Assembly (NCBI GenBank): GCA_951406725.2
Contig: OX597824.1
Span: forward strand, 88,412,001 to 88,476,000
Source: Octopus vulgaris
Lineage: Eukaryota
Length of the DNA stretch: 64,000 bases
Direction: 5' to 3'
Both the position numbers and the translations under genes were made by a program. Positions within the stretch are counted from its first letter, which is position 1, and each line of letters starts with the position of its first letter. Shown here one piece after another: positions 1-13,500 of this stretch. Below the pieces are notes generated by a model. The model did no database searches. It was given only the letters and a program-made list of their open reading frames with translations, and was not told where the DNA came from.

Positions 1-230
1 TTAAAGGAAGCCTAAGGTTCTGACATCAATTATTTATATCCCTTTTAGCGTATCAAAAAAAAATGCCCAGAACTTTCCAGACAACCTAATATATCAACTT
101 AATATAGAATTTATTTGAAATATTTAATGACAGAAAAATTGTTTCAAATCATAGACTCACAACTCACAACGTCTATGTCAATTTACAAGAAATAGTGTGA
201 CATATTGTAAGAAACAATAAAAACGGTTAA

Positions 231-449
231 CCCTTTTGTTACTAACCCAGCCAAAACCGGCTCTTTGCTCTGTGGTAAAATCTTCCATCAATCCTTAGTC
301 AATTAAAATCTTCCATCAATCCTTAGTCAAAATTTACGTTCCTAACACTAACTGAATGATAACTAAGTTATTTTACTAAATTCTGTGTTATATTTAAAAT
401 AATTGAAAGAAACACAGAGCATCTCAAAATAAATACAGTAACGAAAGGG
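231..449. mobile_element. piggyBac-type MITE, family 1
   Basis: TTAA|CCCTTTTGTTAC...GTAACGAAAGGG|TTAA; homologs at 28520, 28842 and 46669. Confidence 0.85.
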
Positions 450-714
450 TTAAAGATATTTTTAATGATAGCCAAATAAGTGATGCATCATATATTTTTA
501 GTTCTTTTCAGTTTCCTTGAAATTATATACAATATTATTAGAACCAGTTTCATGAAAAAATTATGTACAAATATAAAGGAACATTTATGTTTCATTGTTT
601 ACATCAACAGCAAAAATATTCTATGAAACATTGATTATTTCATTTGTTCAGTTCAATTCCTTTAAAATGATTATTTTGATTGGGATATGCAGTTATATAT
701 ATATCGTGATGGCT

Positions 715-925
715 TAGTAGCATGATAGATCGTTAGCCACTACACACATCTTTTTTCTCTCCTTTTTTTTTTCTCTCTCCTTGTTTTTTCTGTGTCCCTT
801 TCTGTAGAAGAGCATAGGCTCGAAACATAAAAGACTTTTTCTATTCCTGAGCGTTATACTAATACATCTGTTTGTTTTGTACACCACCTGTCTTCGTCTT
901 GTTTTTTTTCATAAACTCTCCCTAT
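715..925 (+). mobile_element. Penelope-like terminal-repeat fragment with a degenerate hammerhead core
   Basis: CTTT-CTGTAGA-A-GAGC(ATAG)GCTC-GAAAC-ATA-AAAG at 798-833; flanked by TA runs. Confidence 0.5.
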
Positions 926-1068
926 ATATATATATATATAACATGGATGTGATTAGGGGATATAGTTATGTTACAAAATATGGAATGGCTGTGACAAACG
1001 AAATGCAATATACTAAAATAGGATTCTTTTTTTTTTTTTTTACAGAAATTTTATCCAAATCGCCATAG

Positions 1069-1547
1069 TTATTTATTTGAATCCTTTATCTTTGTTTTTG
1101 GTTTTATCTTCATTTCTACTTTCATTAGTGAATAATTTGCTTTTTTCCAAGATTTCCAAGCAATTCCATCAAACTTTTTGTCTGCTACTGAGCCATCACG
1201 ATAGAAAACTCCATTCAGATTTGATGCATAACACTTGTAATACCACCAGGCACCACTGAAGCGTTTTGCACAGCTTCCACCAAACTGTTTCGTGACTAAG
1301 TCATTATCAACATCTTTTGTTGAAAATTTGTTCAGATTATGCTTGCTCAAGGAATCCCCGCTATCACCACTGAAGCCATCAACATGTAAACGGTAGCCAT
1401 TTTTCTCATCATCTATCATAAAATATTCATAAATGGCTGTTACTTTATTCTTTTCCCAGTCCGTCAAATCCACACGTAAACTGTAATGTCCTTGGTTCGT
1501 CAACCAGTGAATGTTGTCATTACCAAGCCAGTGTTCTCCATAAATAC
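1069..1547 (-). CDS. FReD gene last coding exon (C-terminal fibrinogen domain)
   Basis: Acceptor ttgatag|GTATTTATGGAGAACACTGG; translation [17 protein letters not shown]...[15 protein letters not shown]...KVEMKIKP, then stop. Confidence 0.95.
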
Positions 1548-4500
1548 CTATCAAGTAAAAGAAGCAATTAGTTGTTTGATATCAGGAAATATATTTTATC
1601 TAGCACTATGACTCGGCAATGCAGGGTCATAGTGCTAGTGCATGCATATACAGCTGCGTGCGTGCACACATACACGCGAGTACTGTCCAAATCTCCGACC
1701 AATCACATACAGCTAGCTGGCATTCAATTGGCGTATCAAGTTTCAGGCATTTTGATTGGGTTTTGGATAGAAAATTCACAAAAAAGTCACTTCTATTGAT
1801 TTTTTAATGGCTGCACACTTTCATTATTCTCATCCAGCTTTTGGATTCTAATTACAATGACCTGCCTTAACCAATTATCTAATATCATATAATGCAGACT
1901 TAGCTCATAACTGTTTGGGGGAGAATACCAGCAAGCATCACAACCATTATGAACATTCTTAAACTGATGTTTTATTCATCTTTTGTGATCTAAACTCCAG
2001 TAACTTTCATTTCTATCCTCAAGTTATAGCAATGTATAAATATATAAATGTCATAATCCGACCTGACATGGGTTCTGTCTGTCTGGAATTGTATTTTATT
2101 GTACACTAACCTAAGTACCTGGTGTTGTTCAGAAGTTTAAAGAATGTTAAAGGAAATAAATATATCTATTCTGATAAAAAATATATTTTCAGAAAAATTC
2201 TATCAGATGATGTGAGTATAAACAAAACTATTAAAATAAATCCTGAAATCAATCACAGTTTAACTTTGTAGAACTTCTAAATTTCTACCTTCAGATTATA
2301 TCAATGAGAAAAAATATAAATGTTGTCATAATCTAATCTGGTACCAGTTGTTTGCATTTTTGTACCTTTATTCTATTGTACATAAATACATGGTGCACAC
2401 ACATGCATGTGTGTATGTGTGTGTATACATACATTACATACATACACGCATACATACATACATACATACATACACATCTATTTTCAGTGTGTCCTTTGAT
2501 TGGGGTACAAATCAAAAGAGTTTTGGGACTTCCAACTCATAAACATCCTACATATAATTGCCCATGGGAGAAGCAAGAAGCAAGGTTAAGTCCAACAACC
2601 TTGAGATTTGTATATTGACATAGCAAAACTTAGATTCACTGGGAACTGGAGCTGTTTAAATTCAAAGAGGAGGTCTGATTGGATTAATGGGAACCGTGGA
2701 ATAAGGACATCCTCACCCTTGTATTTCCTAGTGATAATTGCTGCCTCTAGTACATGGGGTTTCATCACTTTCACCACCAGTCTGGTGCCATTGCACAGGC
2801 GATGTAGATCCAGATTCCTGTGCAGCATGATTGGGGCCCCCTTTTTAAGTGTTAAGTTATGAAGTGGCATTCCAGATGGCTGCAGAGGGTTCAGGAACTC
2901 AGTTGGGAAAACTACAGCTTGGTCCTGATCAACGAGTGTCGATCGATTTGAAAGACTGTTCTTGTCCTGGCAACAGCTGCAAGAGGTCCCAATTGATTTT
3001 GTCAACAAGCATCATTATGCAGAGCTAAGATGGCTCACTCACATAGCCGTTGACTGTTGCTAAAGTTTTGTGCAATGTTTGGTAACACATGCATTTTGAG
3101 ATCATTGACAGTTGATACCATCTCACCACAGGGTAGCTAGTGTTGCCACTGCAATTCTTCATATAAATGATAGCAAAGAGTGTATCAAATGAAGTTAATA
3201 TCCTGTTTCGGTGACAGATCGATCAAGTTAGTCAAGTTTTAATGGTTTTGGTAACATATTATTTCTCCTAATTAAATATTGAGAAAGAGAGAAAATGCCA
3301 CCTTCTCTTTTCGCAAGAGAAATTAAGTTAGTTTGGCTTGTGTAGGGTGCATGACATTGCCTCTAACCATTTCCAATGTATAATATGTACATGTACAACC
3401 TTAAGACCTTTATGGAAGGTGAGTAATAGGAGGGTTAAGGGGAATACTTGGGAGCGGGTAGAAGTTGGAAGGGTATGGGAGAGGTTTCTGGACGCCCCAC
3501 CGCCCTTTACCCGGTGGTATAATTGAGAAGGGTATAGAAGAGGTCCACAGCCCCACCCCCTCCTGGAGGAGGAGGCGTTGCCCCCACTCCCTTTGCCAGG
3601 TAGTATGTAATGTTAGTTATCAGCATACAATATTTTTTAATCTCTATCCAAGTATAATTGCTCACATCTGATTTAAAATAGAAATATCCAGTGTTGTTAA
3701 GTCGAGTTGCTCCAAGTATATTAAAAATAGGTAATGTAAGTTATCAGCATATAATATTTTTCAATCCGTATCCAAGAATGAATACTCACATCAGATTTAA
3801 ATGTGAAATATCAAGTGTTAATATGGCAAGTTGTTCAGAAAATATCCAAAATATGTATTGGAAGTTTAGGGTCTTTTCCTTTTGAACGGCAGATGTCAAC
3901 ACAATTTCTAGTTAACTAAACACTTTTAAACTTCGTATACTGGTAGAATGTGTTTATAAAACATCATTTTCTCTTGGTTTTATTGAGAAAATTCTATAGT
4001 TTGTAAGATATTTCGTCTGAAAATCCGAGCATTTTGGCAATTTTAACCAATCGATTACCTCCATTCAACTAAAATCATTTGCTGCATCTAAAACTGAGAC
4101 ATCCTGTAACTAACCCTAAATTTTTTTTTCTTAATTGTTAAATTAATTTAATTCCATTGCTTTAGTTTTTTTTACACACGTAACAATTAAGAAAAAAAAA
4201 ATTTAGGGTTAGGGGGGAGGTTTAGGGTTACTTACAGGATGTTGTCTCAGTTTTAGATGCAGCAAATGATTTTAGCTCAAAAGAGAGCATAGGATTAGTT
4301 AAAATTCGAAAAATTAAACTACGTTAAACAAACAAATTACAATTTTCTCAAGAAAGCCAAGAGAAAAAATGTTTTATTTTGACACATTCTACCAGTATAC
4401 GAAGTTTTAAAGTGTTTAGTTAACTAGAAATTGTCTGCCGTTCAAAAGGAAAAGATCCGAAGTTCATCAAGATATAACATTTTCTAATCCTATCCAAGCA

Positions 4501-7500
4501 GAAATAGTGACATCGGATTTAAATATGAAATACAGAATGTACTCTAGCTAATTTTATATGGTCCATACCACAAACAATTATTTGAACGACTCAGGTGACC
4601 ACGAAGGTCATATCGGATGTCGCTATGGTCAGGGTGATGAACACCTTCTCAAAGGACATGGTTAGATACACCTTCTGGGGCCCTGACCAGGAGCTGGAGC
4701 ATTGCCTAAGGGAAGCGTACAACCTGGTCTGGGAGGAGGGGCTTTGTGTATAGTATTTATATATCTATATATATATAACTGTAGTTGTGTGAGTGTCTGT
4801 CCCCTTCGATTTAGATTCCTAACTACTCCCACATTTTGCGGTGCAGTTTAACCAAATTCGGGTATCTTATAGTCGTGATTATTATCGAGCCCGTCTGGCT
4901 ATTAGCGCGCGTCTACGATGAGTCTACGATTTTAAAAATAATTTAACATCATTTTTTATTCCATTTTAATGCATAATTTTTCGTGTGTCGATGACGGCGG
5001 AGTTGGCGTCCACGCTCAAACACCTGCACCTATGTTTGCTTCTCCCCCTTCTTCCCTCCCTCGTGAAGCTGTGGGGAAGGCAGTGTAAGGAAATCAACGT
5101 TGTAAAGCATTGTCAAGGAGACCAGCGTTCTTTTAGAACAACGACTTCATGGCTTGAAGACACCAAAACAGAAATGGCTAAGAAAGCCCGAATTGGCATC
5201 TATAAGGGAAGTAAGTCTCTAAAAATGCTTATATAGTTATTTCCCTTACAAACCCGAGCAACGCCGGGCGATACTGCTAGTATTATATGTAATTATTGAA
5301 CTATGTTGTTTGTAATGGACTGTTAAGTCCAAAAATTGAAAAGTTGTAAAATAATAATAATAATGAAATTATTGTATACAGTGCTCAGGTGCACCACAAC
5401 TTGTCAGAAAGTGCGTATAAAGCATATGCAGTAATGTACAAATGTCTGGAAAGCGAACAGTGTATGAGTCAGATACATGCTTGCGTGTGTATGGAGGGGA
5501 GAAAATCAGGTGTAGTGTTGGCGAATCTCAGGAAGCATGGAAGTTTTGAAGGATGCAGTGCTCCGACAACTAACAACTGATGCTGGCAGTTTGTTCCATG
5601 CTTCAGCAACTCTTAGCGTGAAAAAATGTTTCTGAAAGTCATGGGAGCTGTGCTGTTTTCTGACTTTGTAAACATGTCCATGGGTGTTAGATGGGTGGAG
5701 TTTGAAAAAGTGCTCAGAGTTATTGTTTGTAAGATGGTTAATAATTTTATGGGTGTCTGCCAAGTCAGCTGCCAGATGTCGGAGTTTCAATGTGTCCATG
5801 CCCAGGGAAGTAAGGCGTTCAGAATATGGCAAAGTTGTAAGAGGTTTAATACCCCATTTTGTGTTTGGTTTTAAAGAACAATGTTTTAGAGAAGCAGAAG
5901 TCGGCAGGTGCTTTTCATCTTCTCCCATCCCTATCATCTTTCTTTCATTTATCTTTCATTTCATTAATGTCCTTGTCCAGCCCACAAAGCTACTTTACTC
6001 TCTATGTACTGCCTTTATGGCAAATATAATGAAATAAAGAAGATGGCTTCCCAACCACATGATTCTGGGTTCAGTTCCACTATGTGGCACCTGGGGCAAG
6101 TGACTTCTACAGTAGATCAGGTCAACCAAAAACTTGCATGTAGATTTGGTTGATGGAAACTGAAAGAAGCCTGACATATATGTGTGTGTGTGTGGTGTGT
6201 GTGTGAGTGGTGTGTGTGTAGTGTGTGTGGTGTGTGTGTGTTTGTGTTTCCTTACCTTGACATCATGTGATATTTGCTAATAAGGGTAGCTGTCATACCA
6301 GCAGGATCATATCATTTTTAATACCCAGCAAAAACAAATCCAGCCATGTAGAAATGGCATCTTACTTGGAAACAAGTAACGGTTGGCAACAGGAAGGTCT
6401 ATCTCTAATAGATTCAGGCAAGCATGGAAAAATGGGCATTAACCCTTTAGTATTTAAACCGGCCGTATCCGGCCAAAATATTTAATCTGTTTTATGTTCA
6501 AACCAACCAGATCCAGGCTCTCACACCTACCCTACAATGTTATTCTACATTAAGTAATTACACCATCAAGATCTTGAAGATATGAGATAATGCATGATTA
6601 ATTCAAATCAATGGGAATCAATAAGCATTATGTTTGATAGAATAATCTGAACACTAAAGGGTTAAATGATAATGTTGATGAAAAATGAATATAATTAAAA
6701 ATAAAATATTACCTCCAAAGCCTTTTTTGTAGCTATTCCAATCTCGCTTAAAGCTTATCGTTCCTCCTTGGCGTCGTTGTATTACAGTCCAGCCACCGTT
6801 TTTCATATCACAGAAAACATCTAGGGATTTCGATGCAGCAATTGGCTTTATTTTATGGACACCATTCTTGGAATTTCCTTTCACATATAAATCATAGCAG
6901 TCTGAAACGGAAGGAAATAAGATTTAAAACAACACAGATTGAGAAAGAACCCAATTTTTTTTAGTTTATTATAAAGGTGCAGGAATGGCTGTGTGGCAAG
7001 AAGGCGGTGAGCTGGCGGAAACTTTAGCATGCCGGGCAAAATGCTTAGTGGTATTTCATCTGCCATTACGTTCTGAGTTCAAATTCCGCCAAGGTCAATA
7101 TTGCTTTTCATCATTTTTGGGGTCGATAAATTAAGTACCAGTTATGCACTGGGGTCGATATAATCAACTTAATCCGTTTGTCTGTCCTTGTTTGTCCCTC
7201 TATGTTTAGATCCCTGTGGGCAATAAAGAAATAAAATAAGAAGCTTGCTTCCCAACCACATAGTTTGGAGTTCAGTCCCACAGCATGGCACCTTGATCAA
7301 GTGTCTTCTACTTAAGCCTCAAGTCAACCAGAATCTTGTAAGTGGATTTTGTAGACAGAAACTGAAAGAAGCTCATCCTGTGTGTGTGTGTGTGTTTTCT
7401 GTCTATTTTTGTCCTCCCACCATCACATAACAATCAGTGCTAGTGTGTTTATGACTCCTGTAACTTAGGAGTTCAGCAAAATAACTGATAGAATAAGTGC

Positions 7501-10500
7501 CAGGATTTTAAACAAAAAGTACTGGGGGTTGAGACATTCATCAAAAGAATTTTTCATGGCAATGCCCCAGCATGGCCGCAGTCTACTGACTAAAACAAAT
7601 AAAAGATAAAGGATAAAGAATAAACAAGGCTACTCTGTGGGAATATTTTTATAAACAAACATTGATGCATCAAGTGAGTTGTGGGGGCACGTGGCCTAGT
7701 GGTTAGAGCAGCAGACTCGCGGTCGAGGGATCGTGGGTTCGAATCTCAGACCGGGCGATGTGTGTGTTTATGAGCGAAACACCTAAGCTCCATATGGCTC
7801 CGGCAGAAGGTAATGGCGAACCTCTGCTGACTCTTTCGCCACAACTTTCTCTCACTCTTTCCTCCTGCATCTTGCAGCTCACCTGCGATGGACCGGCATC
7901 TCGTCCAGGTGGGGAACCTATACGCCAAGGAAACTGGGAAACTGGCCCTTATGAGCCAGGTATGGCTTGAGAAGGAACAAACATCAAGTGAGTTGGTATT
8001 TTAGAAATGAAGGAAATCTTGAATGCAGGAGAATATCAGTGAAAACAGCTTAGGGGACTGAGTAAAATACCCTTATAGATGGGGACAAAAGTGGCCAGCA
8101 GGCTGCTACAAAACCTGGAATCGAAGGGCCTTAAAGTTAACTTAGCTAAGACTAAAGTTGTTATTAGCAAGAAAGGAGATAAGACTCTCATTCCAGCAGG
8201 CAAATGGCCCTTATGTGGTGGTCTCTAAGGAAGCTAGGAGTAGAGGAGTGGCTTGTGAGAGCAGTTCAAGCCATGTACAGTAATGCTGTCAGTAAGGTGA
8301 GAGTTGGCCTTGAATACAGTGATGAATTTAATGTACAGGTTGGAGTACACCAGAGATCAGTTCTTAGTCCACTCTTATTCATCATAGTTCTCCAGGCCAT
8401 TAGAGTTTCCCGGTTTCCTTGGCATAAAGGTTCCCCACCTGGATGGGACGCCGGTCCGTCGCAGGTGAGCTGCAAGATGCAGGAGGAAAGAGTGAGAGAA
8501 AGTTGTGGCGAAAGAGTCAGCAGAAGTTTGCCATTACCTTCTGCCAGAGCCGCATGGAGCTTAGGTGTTTCACTCATAAACACACACATTGCCCGGTCTG
8601 AGATTCGAACCTGCGATTCCTTGACCGCGAGTCCGCTGCTCTAACCACTAGGCCATATGCCTCCACAGTAGACCTTAACAATTGAAACCATCTTACCTTT
8701 TGGTCCGCTCTGTCTTGCATCAACATAGAGTGGTTCCTTCAGTTCGAAGTTTTTATTGTTCATTTTCTTGTTTCCCTCTTTTTCTTCTTTATTATTCTTC
8801 ATATTAGTCTCAGAACCCTTTGTTGGCTTCTGACCAGCAGGGGCCTCAACAGATTCCTTTTTACTATGGGAAGCTACTTTTGGCTTGACTTTATCAGAAT
8901 TATGACTTTGCTGTTGATTTTTTCCATCTGAATTCCCATCTTTTACCTTCATATCATTTTCTTTCTTAATTTTAACACTCGGTTCATCTTTTATTTTTTT
9001 CACATTCTGAGCGCTTTTTTCAGTTTCTTTAACTTTTGGTTCCTGCATTTTAAATTTACTCGACTGATTTTTTTGCGGAAGTGTCGGGCTCTTTGGAGTT
9101 TCCTGTTTCTTTCTTGCAATGGTTTTATTTATGGTTCCGTTTTTGTTTAATTTATACTGAGTTGAAGATGCTGGTAAATTTGGCAAAGATTGTTCATCTA
9201 TGTTATCAAATACGAGGCAGGATTTCGATAAAAGAGTGAAATACCTATACTTTAACCTATTTTGTTTTACCACTGGTTTGTCATGAAAATATTTTCCCAC
9301 AGAAATCTGAGGTTTTTTACAAGTTATATTTCTCGATTTCCCTTTCTTTTTGACATGTTTTTCTGTTTTCTCACTTTTAACTATTTGCCTGTCAGATATC
9401 AATGATTCTAACTTTTTAATTAATTGAACTGGAAACATGTTAAATTTCTTAGAACTTTCCTGAATACGTTCTTCTTGCATCTGATTGGTCAACACATGAA
9501 CCGTCTTCAAGACATGGGAAATATATAAAGACTGGTTCATAACAACTTGATGAAGTATTCTGTTTTCTTCTTCCACCTGTTCTTGTCGATGAGTTAATTT
9601 ACTAAGAAGATTTGATTGATTTTGTATCAAATGAGACAAATCAGCAACACTTTTTTGTTGTTGTTTGATTAAATTATTCTGGTTGTGAATCTTATTATTC
9701 ACATCAAAGTTACTCGTCAATTGTCTCTCGTTCTGTTGTCGGAGTTCGAAGATTTTCTGTTGACCATGTTTCAAAACTTGGTTCTCTTGTTGAAGCTTGA
9801 TGAATGTCTGATTGAGTTTCATTAATTTTGTCTGTAAATGAAGAATCTGGCTTTCAAGTTGAGCTAATGACAACAGGTCATTACTTCTGCTCAGCTGTCC
9901 TGTTAGCAGTTGTTTCTCCAATTTTGTTACAGCTAGCTCTAGTGACTGGATCTTGATCAAATATTCATTTGACTTCTCATCAATTATCTTGTTAACCATA
10001 CCAATATCCACACCGTCTTCTGTTTTTAATCTTTGATTAAATAATTTACCTTCAGGAGTTTCCATAATATTTTCCTCAACTGGAATATTTTTTCCTTTAC
10101 TATTTACCTCTTCATTCACATTCATTTCCTTTATTTTCTTTTCATCTTTTTCAATTTTATTTTGTGAATCATCAAAAGATGGTTTTGTTTTGGTGGACAT
10201 TCTGTCATTTTGTTTCTTATTATCTGAAGTATGTGAATTTTCTTTGATCTTATTTCCAATAAATTTTCCCTTATTCTTGCCAGTTTTATCCAACATTTTC
10301 TTTCCATCTTTGATCTTTCCATCTTTGATCTTTCCATCTTTGATCTTTTCATCTTTGATCTTTTCATCTTTGATCTTTCCATCTTTGATCTTTCCATCTT
10401 TGATCTTTCCATCTTTGATCTTTCCATCTTTGATCTTTCCATCTTTGATCTTTCCATCTTTGATCTTTCCATCTTTGATCTTTCCATCTTTGATCTTTTC

Positions 10501-13500
10501 ATCTTTGATCTTTTCATCTTTGATCTTTCCATCTTTGATCTTTTCATCTTTGATCTTTCCATCTTTGATCTTTTCATCTTTGATCTTTCCATCTTTGATC
10601 TTTCCATCTTTGATCTTTCCATCTTTGATCTTTCCATCTTTGATCTTTTCCTCTTTGATCTTTCCATCTTTGATCTTTTCATCTTTGGACTTTTCATTTA
10701 TTTTAACAGTATCTCCTTGAAGCTTCTTCTGGTCATTGTTGAATGACTCTTTATTAAAATTAATTCCAAAATTTTCCTGTCTCGGAAAAGCTTCCCACTG
10801 AACAAAATAAGAACGGTTCTTACCGGAACCATTCCTTATCCAATTAAATCCAGGTATGCACATTTGAAATTCAAAGAAATATCGACATACTTTTGCACAA
10901 TCTGAGGTTCTTAAGCAACGTTTTATGTTTTTTATTTTATATTTGCTTTTAGATGTCTTTGATTTTTTAAATACTTTTGACATTTTTAGAATATTTGGTG
11001 AAGGTGAAATCATTTGGCTTTGCTGAATCTCGTATAAGATTTTAAAAAACCAATTTGGTTGCATAGATTTATTATCTAAATATTCTTCTCTCTGGAAAAG
11101 TTCATTACGTTGCTTCTCATATGCATAAAATATATCTAAACGGCTGGAAAAATTACTATAGCAAGTTTTGTATAAATGCCGAACAGAACCTTTTGGAATC
11201 CTGGTGCTAATCTTTTTCTCAACTGATTTTTTTTCAAACATTGTTTTGGTTTCATTGGATTGCAATATCTCAGCTGTTGATTCTTCTCTTTTGGGAATCT
11301 GTTCGGCCTTATCGTCTGTTTGCTTTTCATCTAATAATTTTTTCATCCTTTTCAAATTTGTCATATTTTCAGAGACATTATTTTGAGATTTTATCGTTGT
11401 TGAAGATTTCACTAAGATATCACCTTTGACATGCTGACTTTTAAAATTTTCCTTCTCCACATTATCATCATCATCATTATTATTATTATTATTATTATTA
11501 TCATGCACACTGACTTCCTCGTTATTGTTTCCCATATCATCACCATCATCATCATCATCTAATTCCGTTTCATCGTCGTCTTCAGAATCCCTATTGTCAT
11601 TCAAATTTAAAATATTTTCATAAGCTAAAAGTTTTTCTCTATCAAACAATCTTTGACTTTTCATTGAACTTTTAATTATTTTCTCTACAGATTTTTTCAC
11701 TTCTTGTTGAGCTGAAGTCAAATCCCCTTCAAAGGCCCCCTGTTTTATCATATCTTTATACCAGAGAGAAATGTCCTGTTTGCTTCCACTTTCACATCTG
11801 AAATCAAAAGGAGACAAAAAGGCATTCATTATTAACGTATCAATTCATTTCTATAAGTTACTTATTATGTTAACAGCAGGATTGGCTGTGTGGTAAGTAG
11901 CTTGCTTACCAACCACATGGTTCCGGGTTCAGTCCCACTGCGTGGCACCTTGGGCAAGTGTCTTCTACTATAGCCTCGGGCTGACCAAAGCCTTGTGAGT
12001 GGATTTGGTAGATGGAAACTGAAAGAAGCCCGTCGTATATATGTATATATATATATATGTGTGTGTGTGTGTTTGTGTGTCTGTGTTTGTCCCCCCAACA
12101 TCGCTTGACAACGGATGCTGGTGTGCTTGCGTCCCCGTAACTTAGCGGTTTGGCAAAAGAGACCTATAGAATAAGTACTAGGCTTACAAAGGATAAGTCC
12201 AGGGGGTCGATTTGCTCAACTAAAGGTGGTGCTCCAGCATGGCCACAGTCAAATGACTGAAACAAGTAAAAGAGTAAAGAGTAATCCATCACTCATTTCC
12301 ATTTTTATAGAGGAACAGACACAAGCATGGTCGTGTGGGTAGAGACGCTTACTTTGTAACCATCTGATATTTGGTTCAATTCCACTGCATGGCGCCTTGG
12401 GCACATGTCCCCTACTACTCTCTCTGAGCTGAGACCAATGACTTGTGAGTGGATTTGGTGAGTGAAAACTGTGTGGAAGCCCTGTTGTATAGGAGACCGA
12501 TGACAAAACACTTTTACATGAAGCATTTCAAACTACACTCAAGTGTTATGGAGTTGAGGAAGACTGAACAACTTAGGGGACATGTACAGAGGGGGATATT
12601 CTTGAAGAAAAACTATATATGGATTCTGTGGAACATTCTAAAAGCTTGAGACCAGAGTTTCTTATTTCTTTATTGCCCACAAGGGGCTAAACATAGAGCG
12701 GACAAACAAGGACAGTCAAAAGGGTTAAGTCGGTTACATCGACCCCAGTGCGTAACTGGTACTTAATTTATTGACCCCGAAAGGATGAAAGGCAAAGTCG
12801 ACCTCGACGGAATTTGAACCCAGAAAGTAACGGCAGACGAAATACCTATTTCTTTACTACCCACAAGGGGCTAAACACAGAGATGACAAACAAGGACTGA
12901 TAAACGGATTAAGTTGATTATATCAACCTCAGTGCATAACTGGTACTTATTTAATCGACCCTGAAAGGATGAAAGGCAAAGTCGATGTCGGCGGAATTTG
13001 AACTCAGAATGTAGTGGCAGACGAAATATCGCTAAGCATTTCTCCCGGCGTGCTAACATTTCTGCCAGCTCGCCACCTTGTTGGCCAGAGTTTCTGGCCA
13101 ACAAGGAGATATCATCATTAAGATTTTAGGGGCAAAGGCTATCAGTAGCAGGACCAGAGTCTGCGAGAAATTATACGATTGCCTTTCTGACATAATCTGA
13201 ATTAAGTATTAGTTTTAAGTAACCTGGTGATTTGGACTAGTGGAAACCATCAAGTGGAGAATCAGACGAACATTTCCATCTCAGTTGGTCAAGGAATCCA
13301 GCATAACACTGAGTGGAAAGATAAGAAAAAAGATAAGTTGCCCCTTTGATGTCATATTCACTGAATTTAACATTGATGGATTTCTCAAAGTTTGGACACC
13401 AACTAACACTTGTAGCTGTAGTTTTTGTATTTGGCCCCACTGATGTGAGATAGGATATACCAGGTTGAAGGAAAAGTTTGTGTGCCATGTTAAAACAATG

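Noticed and set aside
2586-3008. Host PIF1 helicase gene
   Set aside because: Intronless, disrupted, Helitron-type fragment within an intron.
7683-7755. tRNA-Arg-like gene (also the heads at 61156, 11872 and 17170)
   Set aside because: The acceptor stem is not closed and the sequence continues into a SINE body; these are SINE heads.
10131-10720. Alternative-frame ORFs (MERSK)n and (SLIFP)n
   Set aside because: By-products of the stop-free 15-bp repeat; only the KIKDG frame is continuous with the spliced gene.
8641-11829. 1062-aa ORF as a standalone intronless gene
   Set aside because: Both ends run past clear splice sites (11797, 8697); the C-terminus reads into a SINE.
11865-12101. Recurrent ORFs such as [27 protein letters not shown] and [16 protein letters not shown]
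   Set aside because: Translations of SINE-A and RTE-UTR repeats, not genes.
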